In this document: positions 1 to 12,523 of the stretch, in pieces | How positions within the stretch are numbered: the stretch's first letter is position 1 | How the letters are laid out: the number at the start of each line of letters is the position of its first letter | Assembly (NCBI RefSeq): GCF_000143415.4 | Contig: NW_003314265.1 | Location: forward strand, 2,807,181-2,871,180 | Direction: 5' to 3' | Length of the DNA stretch: 64,000 nucleotides | Source: Selaginella moellendorffii | Lineage: Eukaryota > Plantae > Lycopodiophyta | Program-made: the position numbers and the translations under genes | The notes under the pieces: model-generated | Told to the model about the DNA's origin: nothing | Database searches by the model: none | Seen by the model: only the letters and a program-made list of their open reading frames with translations

Positions 1-445
1 TTTAAACTATTTTTTCAACATCATACCATTTTGAGTAGCTTTTTGAAGTGTTATTGTTTAGAACTTTCTATAAAATAGACATCTTAAAAATTTGGAAGAT
101 GGATAGGAAGATAGATTATAAAGGTTGAATGATCATGCATTTTAAATTTAAAGAGTCTCTATATTTGGCTCTAGAGTAGATATATAATATGTATTTAAAA
201 AGGTAGAGATTACATTCTAATTTAAAATATTATCAGGTTGTTGGGTTGCTGAATGGATTTCAATTGTAACACAATCATAATATTTATAAATATATTTAGA
301 TAAATATTTAATACTTTTTATAGTAGCACAAATTTCAATATTAATATGAGCATTATATTTTTTACAAAGGTATTTATTATAAGGCACTACCCAATGATTA
401 TCAATATAGCACCCAATTTTTATAAATATGCAGCCATTATCAGGT

Positions 446-620
446 TGTGAGGGCCAAGTGTATGGCTACGATGCCGTATACTAATATTAGCGTAGTGGGA
501 TTTTGGTAGCCGTCGGATTGGTTTCAATCCGGACCACTCGCTCCTGTATATAAGCTAGGGTTTTTGGGCTAATTAATATACATATTTCTGTATTCCCTTT
601 CCATATTCCATGCACTCACG
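446..620 (+). repeat. 5' LTR of gypsy element
   Basis: Starts TGTGAG and ends CTCACG (3' copy ends CTCACA). Direct repeat of 5797-5971. Contains TATATAA. Confidence 0.95.
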
Positions 621-621
621 T

Positions 622-638
622 TGGTGGAGGTGAGGGGC
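622..638 (+). promoter_or_regulatory. Primer-binding site, probably tRNA-Ala
   Basis: TGGTGGAGGTGAGGGGC lies right after the 5' LTR. Its reverse complement ends CACCTCCACCA, like a tRNA-Ala 3' end. Confidence 0.7.
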
Positions 639-853
639 ACTTTTGATTGTCCCTGGGGAGTGCTTGGATTTGGGATTTCAGTTTAGATCTAACTTTTGCA
701 TTGTCTAGATTTAGCTTTTTCCATTTCCTTTCTTTTGTTCTTTCCTTTCAGGATTTTGGTTTAGATTTAGCTTTTTGCATTGTCTAGATCTACCATTTCT
801 TTCCAGCTTTTTGTCATTTCTCTTCTTTTGCTCTTTCTTTTTCATTTATCTTC

Positions 854-3800
854 ATGGCCGATCCGCAATCTCCTCCTTTGACTTTAGAGCAGCAATTGGT
901 TCAATTTCTTGATGCTATGTGCTTGCAATTGAACAACCAAACTCAGTTGATGGTGGCGTTCACAGCACATGGTACAACTCCTCCTGCTCTTGGTGCCAAT
1001 CCTTGCGTTCGGCCGGAGTTCTTTCGTGGGAATCCTGGGGATGATGTGTACCATTGGTTCGATCATTTTATGGTGATTGCCACATATCATTCTTGGGATG
1101 ATGCTCGACATTTGTGTGAGTTCCCCACATGTCTCCAAGGGACGGCATTGCAGTGGTACAATGGATTGAGCGCAGCCACTCGTGGCGATTGGAGTGTTTT
1201 TCCGGACGTCTTCAAACACGCCTTCGGACATGCCGATGATTGTGATGATGCCTTCCAACAATTGCATCGTCTTCGCCAAGGGCCATCTGAGTCGGTGATG
1301 CAATTTGGTGTTCGTTTCCGAAGTCTTTTGCTTCGTGCGGAGCCAAATATGTTGGAGCGGATCAAGCTAGGAATGTTGTGGCCAGCACTTCGTCAAGATC
1401 TTGTCGGACTTGTGTATGCACTTGCTCCTGCCACTCTTGACGATGCTCTTCACTTGGCACAACGTTATGAGACTTCACCTCTTCCACTTCTTGTTACATG
1501 TCCTTCAGCTCCACTTCCTATGAGTGATGGTCCTGTTCCAATGGAGGTTGATGCTGCTACTACTCGAGTCCAAGGACAAAGGTGAGGATGTGGTCGTGGC
1601 CGTGATGTTTGTTGCTGGGCGTGTGATGAAGTTGGTCATATTTATCAGCATTGTCGGCGCTTTCCGGATTGGCGACTTCCATTTCCTGGGTGGAGACCTT
1701 GGCGTCAGCAACGTCCCATTGGTGCTGCTGTAGTGGAAGGTTTGGATACCGAGGTGCATTCAAGAAACGAGGAGTCGCGCGAGTAATGGAGGGACCTTGC
1801 ACGAATAAGTTAGTGACCCCTCCATCTTTCTTTCGGGAGTATCATCAAGGGGTTCACTCGACACCGGTTCATCCAATGTTTACTTTCCAAGCTCGTTTTT
1901 ATAACAAGAGGTCTCCTATTCTTCTCTCCATGTTGGTTGATACAAGTTCGAGTTTATCTTCTATTGCTCGACTTGTTGCCACATGTTGTCGTCTACACTT
2001 GCGTCGTGCGGCGGATCCAGTTTTCATTCTTTATGGCAACGGCCGTACACATGCATGTGCACGAGATAAGGCGGACTTGGTTGTGCGTGTGGGCGATCTC
2101 GAGCTTGAGTTGTAGTCGTTGCGGGTGGTGCCAAGTCAAGCTTTTGACCTCATTCTTGGTATGGATTGGTTGCAGCACAATCATGCCAAGTGTGACTTTG
2201 AGGCTTCTCCCCCTTGTCTCATACTTCCTTATGTTTCATTCATTCCTCTCACTTCCGTACCTCTTTGTCCCTCTACTTCTACCTCTGCTTCCATTACTTT
2301 TGTTCCCCCACTATTTCCTCTTGTGTTTCCATCTTGTTCTGCTTGTAAGCTCCTAGATTTGGACTTCCCGGGAGGTCACCCAGCCCAGTACTATTCAAAC
2401 CCAAGGACGCTTAACCCCAAATATCCCAAGACCCTTAACCAATTGGAAAAGGGGGTGCACTCTTGTTCATGGGCCCTTTCCCTCTATATTTGAACCCCAA
2501 TGGATCGCCTCTCGAGTCGTTCCCTTTGGTTGCTTACAATCCACCACGCTTCCCTGCAAGTTCACGCCCTCGTGAACGGAAGCTGAGAGCCGCAGCTCTC
2601 CCGAGAGTCCCGCTCTCTTGACACCCTACCCCTCGGGTCGAGCCCAGTGGGAGCAAACTGGACCAGCCAGATGTCAATCAACATGTGGTGCGATTCCCTA
2701 GCCAACCAACAGAGTCGGACCCGAGACCGCTCCGATACCAAATGTAAGCTCCTAGATTTGGACTTCCCGGGAGGTCACCCAGCCCAGTACTATTCAAACC
2801 CAAGGACGCTTAACCCCAAATATCCCAAGACCCTTAACCAATTGGAAAAGGGGGTGCACTCTTGTTCATGGGCCCTTTCCCTCTATATTTGAACCCCAAC
2901 GGATCGCCTCTCGAGTCGTTCCCTTTGGTTGCTTACACTGCTCTTCCTTTTTCCGATCCCTCCGATGATCTTTGTGTTGCAGCTGTTGACCAGCTCATGA
3001 AGGAGTATTTTGATTTCTTTGAATTTCACCTATCGTCTGGGGCCAAGATTGCCACACGTTATCCCATTCCAACTGGGGATGCTCGTCCAATCAAGGTTCC
3101 TGTTCGTCGTCGGTCACCCAAGGAGATCAAGATTTTACATGCAAACGTCAAGGAGATGTTGGAAAAGGGTGTTATTCGGAAGTCGCGGAGTCCTTAGGCA
3201 TGTGAACCTCATCTTGTGACGAAGCCTGATGGGAGTATTCGTTTCTGCATTGACTATCATCCGTTAAATGAAGTGACGATCCCGGACATGTACCCTCTTC
3301 CTCACACTGCTGATCTCTTGGATCGTCTGGGGCGAAGTCGTTGGTTCACCAAGCTAGATCTTGCTTCTGGGTATTGGCAAGTACCGATGGCCAAAGAAGA
3401 TATTCCTAAGATTGCTTTTCGTACACCATTTGGTTTGTACGAGTTCTTGGTGATGCCTTTGGTTTGAAAAATGCTCCAGCAACTTTTCAGCGGATGATGG
3501 ACGAGGTTCTTTGCGATATGCCGGAGGTGACGGCTGACTTCATTGATGATGTCTCGATCCACTCGGAGGGGACATGGCAGGAGCACGTTCGTGATGTTTG
3601 TAAAGTGTTGGATCGGCTACGCGACGTTGGTTTAAAGCTGAAGCGGTCAAAGTGCGTGTTTGGGTCCAAGGACACAACTTATCTTGGGTACCGTATTTCT
3701 CGTGAAGGTTTGCAAGTTGATCCTGACAAACTTGTGGCTGTTCTAAAGTTCCCTACTCCGAAGTGTGTGAATAATGTGCAACGCTTTTTGGGTAAGGTGC

Positions 3801-5764
3801 AGTATCTTGGTTGTTTTGTGGATCATCTTTCCGATCGCACTACACCATTGCGAGTATTGCTGAAGGCATTAACGTCATCTTTCATCTGGTCTCTGGATTG
3901 TGAGCGGGCATTCGTGAATCTCAAAGAGCTATTGACGACTCCTCTGGTTTTGGCATATCTTGACTACACTCGACCTTTTATTTTGCCCGTGGATGCTTCT
4001 GACATTGGTTTTGGAGGTGTGTTGATGCAAGAGAGCTCGAGTGTGCCTGGTCAGCGCCATCCCATTGCATACATAAGCCGTACATTACAACCAGCGGAGA
4101 TGAACTACTCCACGACAGAGAAGGAGTGTTTAGCAGCAGTCTGGGGTTTCGAGAAACTTCATGCATATCTACATGGTTCTCGGACATTACTTGAAGGGGA
4201 CCATGCTGCTGTTACTTCATTATTGAAGCGGAAGAACCTGGTTGGTCGTACGGCTTGATGGGCTTTGAAGCTTCAGATATATGATTTCGATGTTGTTCAT
4301 CGCCAAGGGAGTTCTATGGCTGATGCTGATGCCCTTTCTCGAGCTCCTCTTCCTTCTCCACTCACTTCTCATGTTTCTGACGAACCTGTTGTTCCAGCAT
4401 CTGTGGATTTTCTAGATGAGGATTCTGTGCCGTCGGCAGTTGCTGTCCTTGACGTTCAGTGTCCACAAGGCGCAAAGCAAGATCTACCTTCTCTTGATGA
4501 GGTTCGCGAGGCTCAAAAGATTGAGCCGTGGATTCGAAGGCTTCGAGATGGGTTTGAGAATCCTGCATCACTTGCTGATGACTTGCCTTTCCAGCATTTA
4601 CATTCTCAATATCGCCTTGAAGATGGCTTTCTTTATTTTGTGGGAACGGATCCTGATGATCATTTACGGCTGGTTGTGCCTTCGGTGTTTATTCTGCGGT
4701 TTCTCCATGCTTACCATGATTCTCCTGTTCTAGGTGGGCATATGGGACACCGTCGTGTCATTGAGAAGCTGCGTTGATCTTTCTATTGGCCAGAGATGCG
4801 ACGTGATATTATCCGGTATGTGCGTAGCTGCATTTGGTGCCAAGCTCGTAATACTCCCCCTTGTGCTGCGGAAGGACGGTTGGAGTCAATTGCAGTTTCT
4901 CATCCGTTTGAGTTGGTGGCGTTTGATCTTATGGGACCTTTTCCACGATCGACTGCTGGCAATGAATATGTTATTATTGCTTCTGACTACTTGACTCGTT
5001 GGGTGGAAGTTGGTGCTCTTGCTAACGCCTCTGCAATTGCTGTTGGATACTTCCTCCTCAATCGAGTGGTGTTCCAGCATTCTTGTCCAGAGCGGATTCT
5101 TTCGGATAATGGTCCTGTATTTATGGCTGAGGTATTTCATGTTTTGACATCTCGGTTGGGGATACGCCACACTTTTACGAGTGCTTATCATCCACAATCA
5201 GACGGTCTGGTAGAACGGCTTGTTTGGACATTCAAAGGGATGATTGCAAAGTATATGAACTTTCAGCATTCGGATTGGGATGGTTATTTGCCGTCTCTTC
5301 GGTATGCCTATGTCACAGGGGTGCAGAGTTCTGTTGGTGCTTCACCATATAAACTTTTATATGGTCATGATCCAATATTACCAACAGAGCTGGGTTTACC
5401 TTCGTGATTGCCACGAGCTCCTGATGATAGGTCATGGGATCATAATTCCCATCATCGTCCACCTGCAGAGTACAAAGTGGATGATTTGGTGTTAGTCCGT
5501 TTTCCCCATCTTACGGTACGTGGTTTATCTAAGGGGCTCCTTGCGCAGTGGAAAGGACCGTATCGGGTGTTGTGGCAAATTGGACCACAAGTTTATGAGG
5601 TTCGGCATGACGTTCAGCAGGCCGATCCTCCGGAGATTGTGCATGTGCAGCGGTTAAAACGCTTCATACAAAGGGATCAGGAGCAGTTAATACCGTCTAA
5701 AGATCCACCGATGCCTCCTCCTGACGTTCCTCCAGATCCCGGCCCATCTACAAAAGAACCCTGA
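854..5764 (+). pseudogene. gag-pol polyprotein broken by stops, frameshifts and a nested TRIM
   Basis: Gag (854-1585) is followed past a TGA by a CCHC knuckle (CWACDEVGHIYQHC). Protease LVDTSSS at ~1930. RT motifs RFCIDY, LDLASGYWQV, FIDDV. RNase H VDASDIGFGGVL and YSTTEKECLA. Integrase HHCC, SDNG and GLVERL, then a WKGPY C-terminal motif. Confidence 0.95.
2344..2937 (-). mobile_element. Cassandra TRIM (5S-rRNA-bearing non-autonomous LTR element) nested in the gypsy pol
   Basis: 195-bp LTRs at 2344-2538 and 2743-2937 (1 difference) with TGTAAGC...GCTTACA termini. 5-bp TSD CTGCT (2339-2343, 2938-2942). Minus-strand PBS TGGTATCGGAGC (tRNA-iMet type) and 204-bp non-coding interior. LTR minus strand reads GTTAAGCGTCCTTGGG...AGTACTGGGCTGGGTGACCTCCCGGGAAGTCC, matching the plant 5S rRNA A-box/IE/C-box region. 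Confidence 0.95.
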
Positions 5765-5796
5765 CGGCCTTCCATTATTCCGAGAGGAGGGGATGA

Positions 5797-5971
5797 TGTG
5801 AGGGCCAAGTGTATAGCTACGATGCCGTATACTAATATTAGCGTAGTGGGATTTTGGTAGCCGTCGGATTGGTTTCAATCCAGACCACTCGCTCCTGTAT
5901 ATAAGCTAGGGTTTTTGGGCTAATTGATATACACATTTCTGTATTCCCTTTCCATATTCCATGCACTCACA
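5797..5971 (+). repeat. 3' LTR of gypsy element
   Basis: TG...CA termini; direct repeat of 446-620. Confidence 0.95.
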
Positions 5972-6099
5972 AGGTCTATAATAATTTAGATATCCATCAA
6001 CACTAAAAGTAATTTTATAATTAATTTTTTTTCGATAACCTTTTATGCAAGTGCCATTTTCCATGCAAAGACTATTGGGTGTTTACTTGTTTCTAGCGA

Positions 6100-6930
6100 G
6101 TGCTCTCTCTCTTTCTTTCCAAGATGTTGTTTGAGCTATTACAGATAGCAGAAATCGTGCTTGCCTGAATGTCAAGGACGAGCTCCCAAGCAATTTAGCT
6201 GCTCTAATTGAGGTGAGTTTTGGGGCTTCTTCTCAATCTCTCATTCCTGCTTTTAGGCTCAGGAAATTGAAGCTGCACAGGAAAAGGCTAGCGTTTCTCC
6301 TTTTCCTCTCTCATTTTCGGACTCTCCTCTCAGCGAGAACTGGATGATAATGATGGAAGTGATCAAGCGTCATCCACCTGAGATGCAGCAGGTCTTTAAC
6401 TTCACCAACATCTATCATGGCATGAGCCCGGCGCTGGCTCACTACGACTGCTTGGCAGATCCTGCGCCGGAAGGGGCTGCTCGGGCCGAGGACAGCATGC
6501 CTTTCGAGCCGGGCGTGGGTGATGCTCCTGGCGGTGTGCCAGACTCAATCAACTCTCTACTGGTGCAAGGCTCTGGCAACGAAGCCTTACAACACCAAGA
6601 TCTACTTCACGGATCGTGTGTCCAGAAGGACAGGCTCAACGTCTCGGACAAGCTCAACTCGATCTAGCGTCAGGTCGGGCAGTGGACCCACGAGATCATG
6701 GCGGCTTATGCGACCAGGCTAAACATTGAGCTGACCATCGAGTGTAGGTGCAGAAGTACCACAGGCCATGCTGCTGAGGCACGCTGCCAGTCAAGAACCT
6801 CAAGTCTGCCACCACAATATCAATGTGAGGTTGAGTTCCACCACATTGAGAAGGACATGCGTACAGTAGCAGGAAGCCCTCTTGATTGTTTGGTCTCTCC
6901 TCTAACTCACATACTAGGAACTCTTTAGAT
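6100..6930 (+). pseudogene. Degenerate copy of an unknown gene family (inverted paralog of 31920-33640)
   Basis: Shares peptides with ORF 32135-32626 (EVIKRHPP, LAHYDCLADP, MPFEP, DAPGGVPDS) and nucleotide exon/intron junctions (gaatgtcaaggacgagctccc). Frameshifted. Confidence 0.7.
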
Positions 6931-7195
6931 GCAATTGAAAACTATACTTGAATATTCTCTATTTACAATTTTCTTATCAATGATATAAATTTATCTAAAT
7001 ATAGAGATTACTTTAACACTTTAAAATGTTAATTCTCATAATTAATGAATTCTTTCATAAATTTAAATTTATATTGTGAGTGCTCGAGATATAGAATAGG
7101 TATATTGATTGGGGTTTAAACTGTTGTTTATATACAAGAATGGATAGATTAGATTCAGTCCTAAATAGATAGTTTATATGCTATAGTATTACCTT

Positions 7196-7222
7196 GTATA
7201 TGTATATATATATATGTGTATA

Positions 7223-7267
<45 letters not shown>

Positions 7268-7278
7268 GTATGTATATA
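7196..7278. repeat. (TA)n/(TG)n microsatellite
   Basis: Directly visible dinucleotide run. Confidence 0.95.
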
Positions 7279-8725
7279 CTAGCAGAGCACTTGATAGAGT
7301 CTAGCGGAGTTAGCTGAAATCTAAGGGATATCCCACAGTTTCTTCAGAATGGCAATATAACAATTATCAACGAAACTTTGGGTTTGAAGTGATTTTGGAG
7401 GCTGCCAAGGTTTCTATTTTGAAAACTGAAGTGGACAGGGATGGGGAATTGATAGCAGGATTGTAGTGAGGTGAGACATGCTAGAAGAGCAAGGCCTTGT
7501 TTCATTCACTCCCAGGAAGGCAGAGCCCTTACTAGATTCTGAAACGGCAATAGGCACTATACAGATGTTTGCGCTTCTTCTAAGTCACATAGTGGAACTA
7601 ATGAAACTTGTGTGTGGCGAATAATTCCAAGCCTTGACGATTACACCTTCAAGCATCGTCATGGCTAAGTTCCAGCAATTGTGTCATCACATCTTTGTTA
7701 AGTCCAAAATGAATGGGATGGCCTTTGAGAGATGACAAGATGTGATGACTTGACAATTGCTTTCATGGACTTAGGAGATTAGCCATAAACGTCAAGGAAC
7801 ACCTAGAGTCGTGAGTACATCCAGTGGTGGTGAAGGTGGTGAAGTTGCTTTGGCCTTGGATTTGAAATTGGACTGCCATTGTTCCTAAAGAAACCATGTG
7901 ACACTTAAGTGATATATTCACCACTGTTCCTTTTTGGCATACCCTAAGCTTTGTACTTCTTGGCACTTCTCATTGAATTTATCTAAGGTAGTTGAGTCTC
8001 CTCCCTCCCTTTTGCAATGCAATTGGATTGAATCTATAGAACAATCGAAGGTGGAATCCTGGAAAAAGCTCTATTTCGTTAAAGTGGGATTTATTCAGTA
8101 AAATGGGACTAGGTACAAATTTTCAAGTATTTGAAAATGACGTGAAATTATATGTTTTTTGTCCAGGGGCTAGACATATCTGGGGCATGGTGACTAGCGC
8201 GGTGACTTTGTGTCCAGACTGAGTCCATCTGGTTGTATAATAAATCTCATTGTCAAGGTGAACAAGCCGAATCTGAAGCTAAAGAAGAGCGATGGCATGC
8301 ACGCACACACTATTTGTTTGTTCATTGAGCGTGTGGTGAGCTTTCCAAGATGAACGTCATTCCTATTAGCCAGACATATAACTTAATGGTGAGAACATTT
8401 AGATATTATTCAATGTTATCTTTTTCTAACGAATCTAATTGTGAAGGTGTAGCAAGAGGCATTGCTAGTCTGGAGAAGTCATTTAACTCATTTGACCCTT
8501 AGTGTATTTTCATGAAACTAAATAACATTCATATTATTAAGGAATTTCTCTAGTACCTTTTTTTTACGACATAGAGGCTTGCATTTCTTTCAAAGGTGAT
8601 TTAGTAAAAGGCCTGAGGGCACATGCCATTCTATTTCTCAGACCGGTATTAAGATATACTAGTGCAAAGGGAAAAAGGTATTTGGTGATCAAGTAAATGG
8701 CATGAGGGCACACGCCATTATAAGC

Positions 8726-8983
8726 CTAAGCGCTAGTGGACACCTCCTTTTTGGTACTCTCAGCGGTACTATCATCCTTCTCTGGGTCAGTTGTTTTGCT
8801 TTGGATTATTGTCTCTGACGTTACTGGAGCGTTCTCGATAGTTGTTAATGTTGCCGTTTGTTCAGAAAAATGATCACCTGGAGTATAGTACGGGGAGTTT
8901 GGAAGACTTATATATTCTACATCTTCACCTATCTCCTTCTCCGTCTCCTTTTCTGCCTCACTTACAGATTTTGTGCTTGCCAT
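8726..8983 (-). CDS. Small acidic hypothetical ORF inside the transposon
   Basis: MASTKSVSEAEKETEKEIGEDVEY... is open to 8726 and is immediately followed by palindrome copies. No recognisable domain. Confidence 0.25.
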   Translation of the reverse strand: MASTKSVSEAEKETEKEIGEDVEYISLPNSPYYTPGDHFSEQTATLTTIENAPVTSETIIQSKTTDPEKDDSTAESTKKEVSTSA

Positions 8984-9623
8984 GAGAACGCTCTTCACCC
9001 TAAAATATGGAGTTCGTTGTGTTATAAAAGGAAACCAACACACACGCTGCAAGGGAATGATGGTACATAAAGCACGTAAGCCCACAATATGGGTTTATGT
9101 GCCATTAATATGGGCCATACGCCATATTATTAGATTTATGCACGTGTGATTGGTAAATGCATATATCACATCATCTTTGTTTTACCTCACACACTATATC
9201 AGGCCTAATGAACCATATTACATGTGCGCACATGCTATATATATGGAGAAGTATTATGCAAGGATAGAAAAATTCAATGCATGATTGTGGAGAGCAATGG
9301 CATGAAGCCACATGCTAAATAACATTTCAGAGAAAGAATTAAAATAAAAACATGCAAACAGTACTGAGTGGACCAAGACTTATAAGTGCACAATTGAATG
9401 AGGTATTTCTAATAAATATTTCACTCACCTCATATAGGAATGGCTACCACTCTCAAATGGCGTATCGCCTCATGCCATCACCTCGCAATTTGTTATAACA
9501 ATCCGATGAATTCATATTCGGCTTGTTCACCTTGAACTTTAAGTAAGATTTGCTAGAACAACTAAGAATTTATACTTGTTATTTGTATCATCTCACCTAG
9601 GAATGGCATAAGGCCACATGCCA

Positions 9624-12523
9624 TCACGCCTCCTCTGATTCAGATTCGGATTGTTCACCTTGAAATAAAATACATTAGAAACTTAGTAAAGGAATATTAA
9701 TGAATCTCACCTTGAACCCGGGTTATGAATGCTCTTGCTACATCTTTTGCATGGTCTGGCAAGGTGATGGTGGCACTCTGCTTCCGCATCCAACCATGCA
9801 TAACATTATCCACCGATATGCTCATGCTGGGATCCCTTGGATTCAGCACCCATCTCTTTTCTAGGCAATCCTTCGTATATCCGGAACTTGGCTTGAACCA
9901 CTCCACAGTTACATTGAAGGAGTTAGTTTCCGCATCCTCCTCTGCATCAGTGATGCAGCGCCCCACCCATATCATTTGTTTTTTATTACTGGGTCTGACA
10001 AGCACGACCATTCCTTTGCAGACCTATACTGGATTGAATGCTGAATCCGGCTTTTTGTTCCTCGGCCCACAATAGTGATCCTCAACATCGTTATCTGTCA
10101 CTGCATTTCCAGAGGACATTGTTCCGCTACTATCTGGTGCTCTGGGTTTTGGCCAAAAGGACTCTTTCAATTCTTCATATACAACCGGCCCATTTTGGAT
10201 AGCAGATATAATCTTCTCCCAGTATTCGATCAAAGGCTTGCACCTCTGAAAATAGGATTTTCCACCAAACACCAACCCCCTCTTCCAGAAGGCAATATGC
10301 TGTCTAATCTCGGCCACTATACTTTCCTGGTCTTTGAGTCCATCCGGGTGCATCGGCCGTGGGGAACCCTAAGGAATCATAGGTTCCCCAGTTATGGGAT
10401 CTCTCTTGAAGAGTTCAATGCCGTCCACTGGCAGCCACACTGTGTCCCATTCTCTCATCTTGTACCTCATCACTGGAGCACCGTCACGCATGCTGAAATG
10501 AAACTGAAGAGGCTTGGAGTGGCCAATCAGCATTTTGGATCCGTCCCTGATGTAGCCTCTTACAAACCCCTTAAAGTCTGGAACCTCTGTCACAAGTGCA
10601 GCTTCAACAGTGCCTTTGATGCAATTTTGGAATTCATCGTAGAGTTGTGGGAGGGTGAGGACATTGGATCGCCGGAGGGACTCTGCCAGGTGACTGAACA
10701 TGGCATCAACGTCTTCATAAGTGTGCCCAACCATGAGAAAGCCAAGTGTAACCGTTTCAAATATGCCTTTGGCAACAAGCATCGCCAAGTACGCGAAGAC
10801 GTACATGTTTTTTGTTCTCACTGCCAGCATTGTCTGTTTAGAGCAGAAGATGGGGTGGAAGGCCACATCGGCCGCAAGAACTTCCTTGAGATTCTGCTTC
10901 GTTTGGATGAGGCTGTGCATTCACCGGGCGACCAGCCTCGTCGGAATGGCATGAGGCCTCACGTGATAACCCTACAATCTGACGGCCAACATATTCACTG
11001 GGATGGTATGGGGCCCCACGCGATACTGCAAGCCTTTGCTCCTCCTCCAGCTGAACCCTGTATGGGGTTGGATCGACAAGGGCCTTATGCAAGGGTTGGC
11101 CGTTCAGCTCAGTCTGCACACTTTGCAGAGACCTTAAGTGTTTTGCTAGGGACGCAATCATCATGTTTGCACCCCCGCCACCCCATAGAGGTACAAAGAA
11201 GTTCCCATAGTTCTGGGCACCATGCCCATGAGCGATTATGCCAAACAGAGACACAGGCAGCTGCATGGATGAAGAGATTGCATTGGGGGCAGGATTGAGT
11301 CGAGGTAAGCACGTCTTTTTCTGGTACATTTTGTCGTGGATGATGCAGAGGTAAGAGTCAGGTCTCTCCATGGAGAGAATCCTGTTATGATAATATGCAG
11401 TCCTGCAGCTTCTCTGCTTGATGTTGTGGTTGAGCCGCCTTCTAACCAACGTCTCTCGCTCTTGAGCGATGCAAGAATTCTTCGACAAAGCCATTTTGAT
11501 AGCAATGCACTCGTCACACTTTGAAAAGCTGAAGTACTTTCCTATACTCACATCCCTGAACCTGTTGCTCCACAATCTACTAAATCTAGATTGGCTCAGC
11601 TTCCTGTAGCCATTACTCTGGAGTTCTCGATTCACATCTTCCAATATGGCCCCCTTGGTATACATGGAAGGGAGAACTCGTTGGGTGTCTCGAGTTCCAT
11701 CTTCCAAGAGGCGGGTTTTATGTGGTTGCTGCTCGCTACATGTTTCGACAAACCTCTTGAAGATTGCCTCTCTATATACAACATGACCCTTGGTTTTGTG
11801 AGTACCGTCGTTCCCATGGACTGCCTGTTGAACCCTTTATTCCTCGAACTCAGTTTTGATTCTGTAGAATGTGGTTCGAGGGATTCCATAAATGATTCTC
11901 CATGCCTTCATGCAGACCAAACCCCTCTGGAAGACCATGCCCCCCACCTGATGTTCTGAAGCATCAACAGATGACCGTAATGCCTCATACACAAAATTGC
12001 GAGCTGCCTTCCAGGACAATGTCTTGTATCTTGCTCTCTCCTCTTCAATAGCATCCCAATCAGCATGTTGATAGCACCTCCTCTTGCAACAAGCAACTGT
12101 CGAGACCATTCGAACCTCCATCGCCATTTTCTGCCTTTTCGGTTCGTTGCTCAGATCCCTTTGGCTGCGCTTTAGGAAGGTGTACTTTCTTTTCCCATGA
12201 AGAGATGTTCTGTCATCAGTTGTAGTGGTGTTTGATTGTGAATCCTTCACATTCTCAAACACTAAGTGCCTCAATTTCCACCGCACAATGCTTCCAATAG
12301 TCAGACTATTTTCTTCTGTGTCAACAACCTCTAAAATCGCAACTCCAATATCATCCCAGCCCAATTCTTGATTAGCAACCGCATCTCTTGGATCGACAAC
12401 TGTGGCTAAGCCCTTAGCTACCACCTCCCCCTCGGGGTTGTTTATAAACACCTTTGCCTGAATCCATGTAGCACAGTTCTTAAGATCCACGGAGGGAACA
12501 TGCGTCGCACTTGCGGAGGCCAT
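9624..12523 (-). pseudogene. Sola-like (DUF7869-type) DDD transposase, disrupted
   Basis: CCKRRC and FSKCDEC Cys motifs; YLCIIHDKMYQKKTCLP; LPPHLLL*TDNAGSENK/NMYVFAYL (stop plus frameshift); FLMVGHTYEDVDAMFS. The N-terminal VVAKG..DP...LG..IGSIVRW segment resembles Tnp1/En-Spm-like small domains. A putative last intron at ~9660-9710 leads to GEQSESESEEA*. Confidence 0.8.

Larger units (their letters stand above)
446..5971 (+). mobile_element. Ty3/gypsy LTR retrotransposon (decayed, no chromodomain seen)
   Basis: 175-bp LTRs at 446-620 and 5797-5971 with 5 differences by eye. AGGT flanks both ends (442-445, 5972-5975). PBS follows the 5' LTR and a PPT (gagaggaggggatga, 5782-5796) precedes the 3' LTR. 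Domain order is gag-PR-RT-RH-INT. Confidence 0.97.

Noticed and set aside
2344-2937. Functional 5S rRNA genes
   Set aside because: Only the internal ~50-60 nt resembles 5S, and it sits inside LTRs; this is the Cassandra signature.
7280-8065. Degenerate coding-like sequence interrupted by the large transposon (continues after 21810)
   Set aside because: Too decayed to assign to a family by eye.
10075-11298. 407-aa plus-strand ORF
   Set aside because: Antisense shadow of the transposase; no recognisable motifs.
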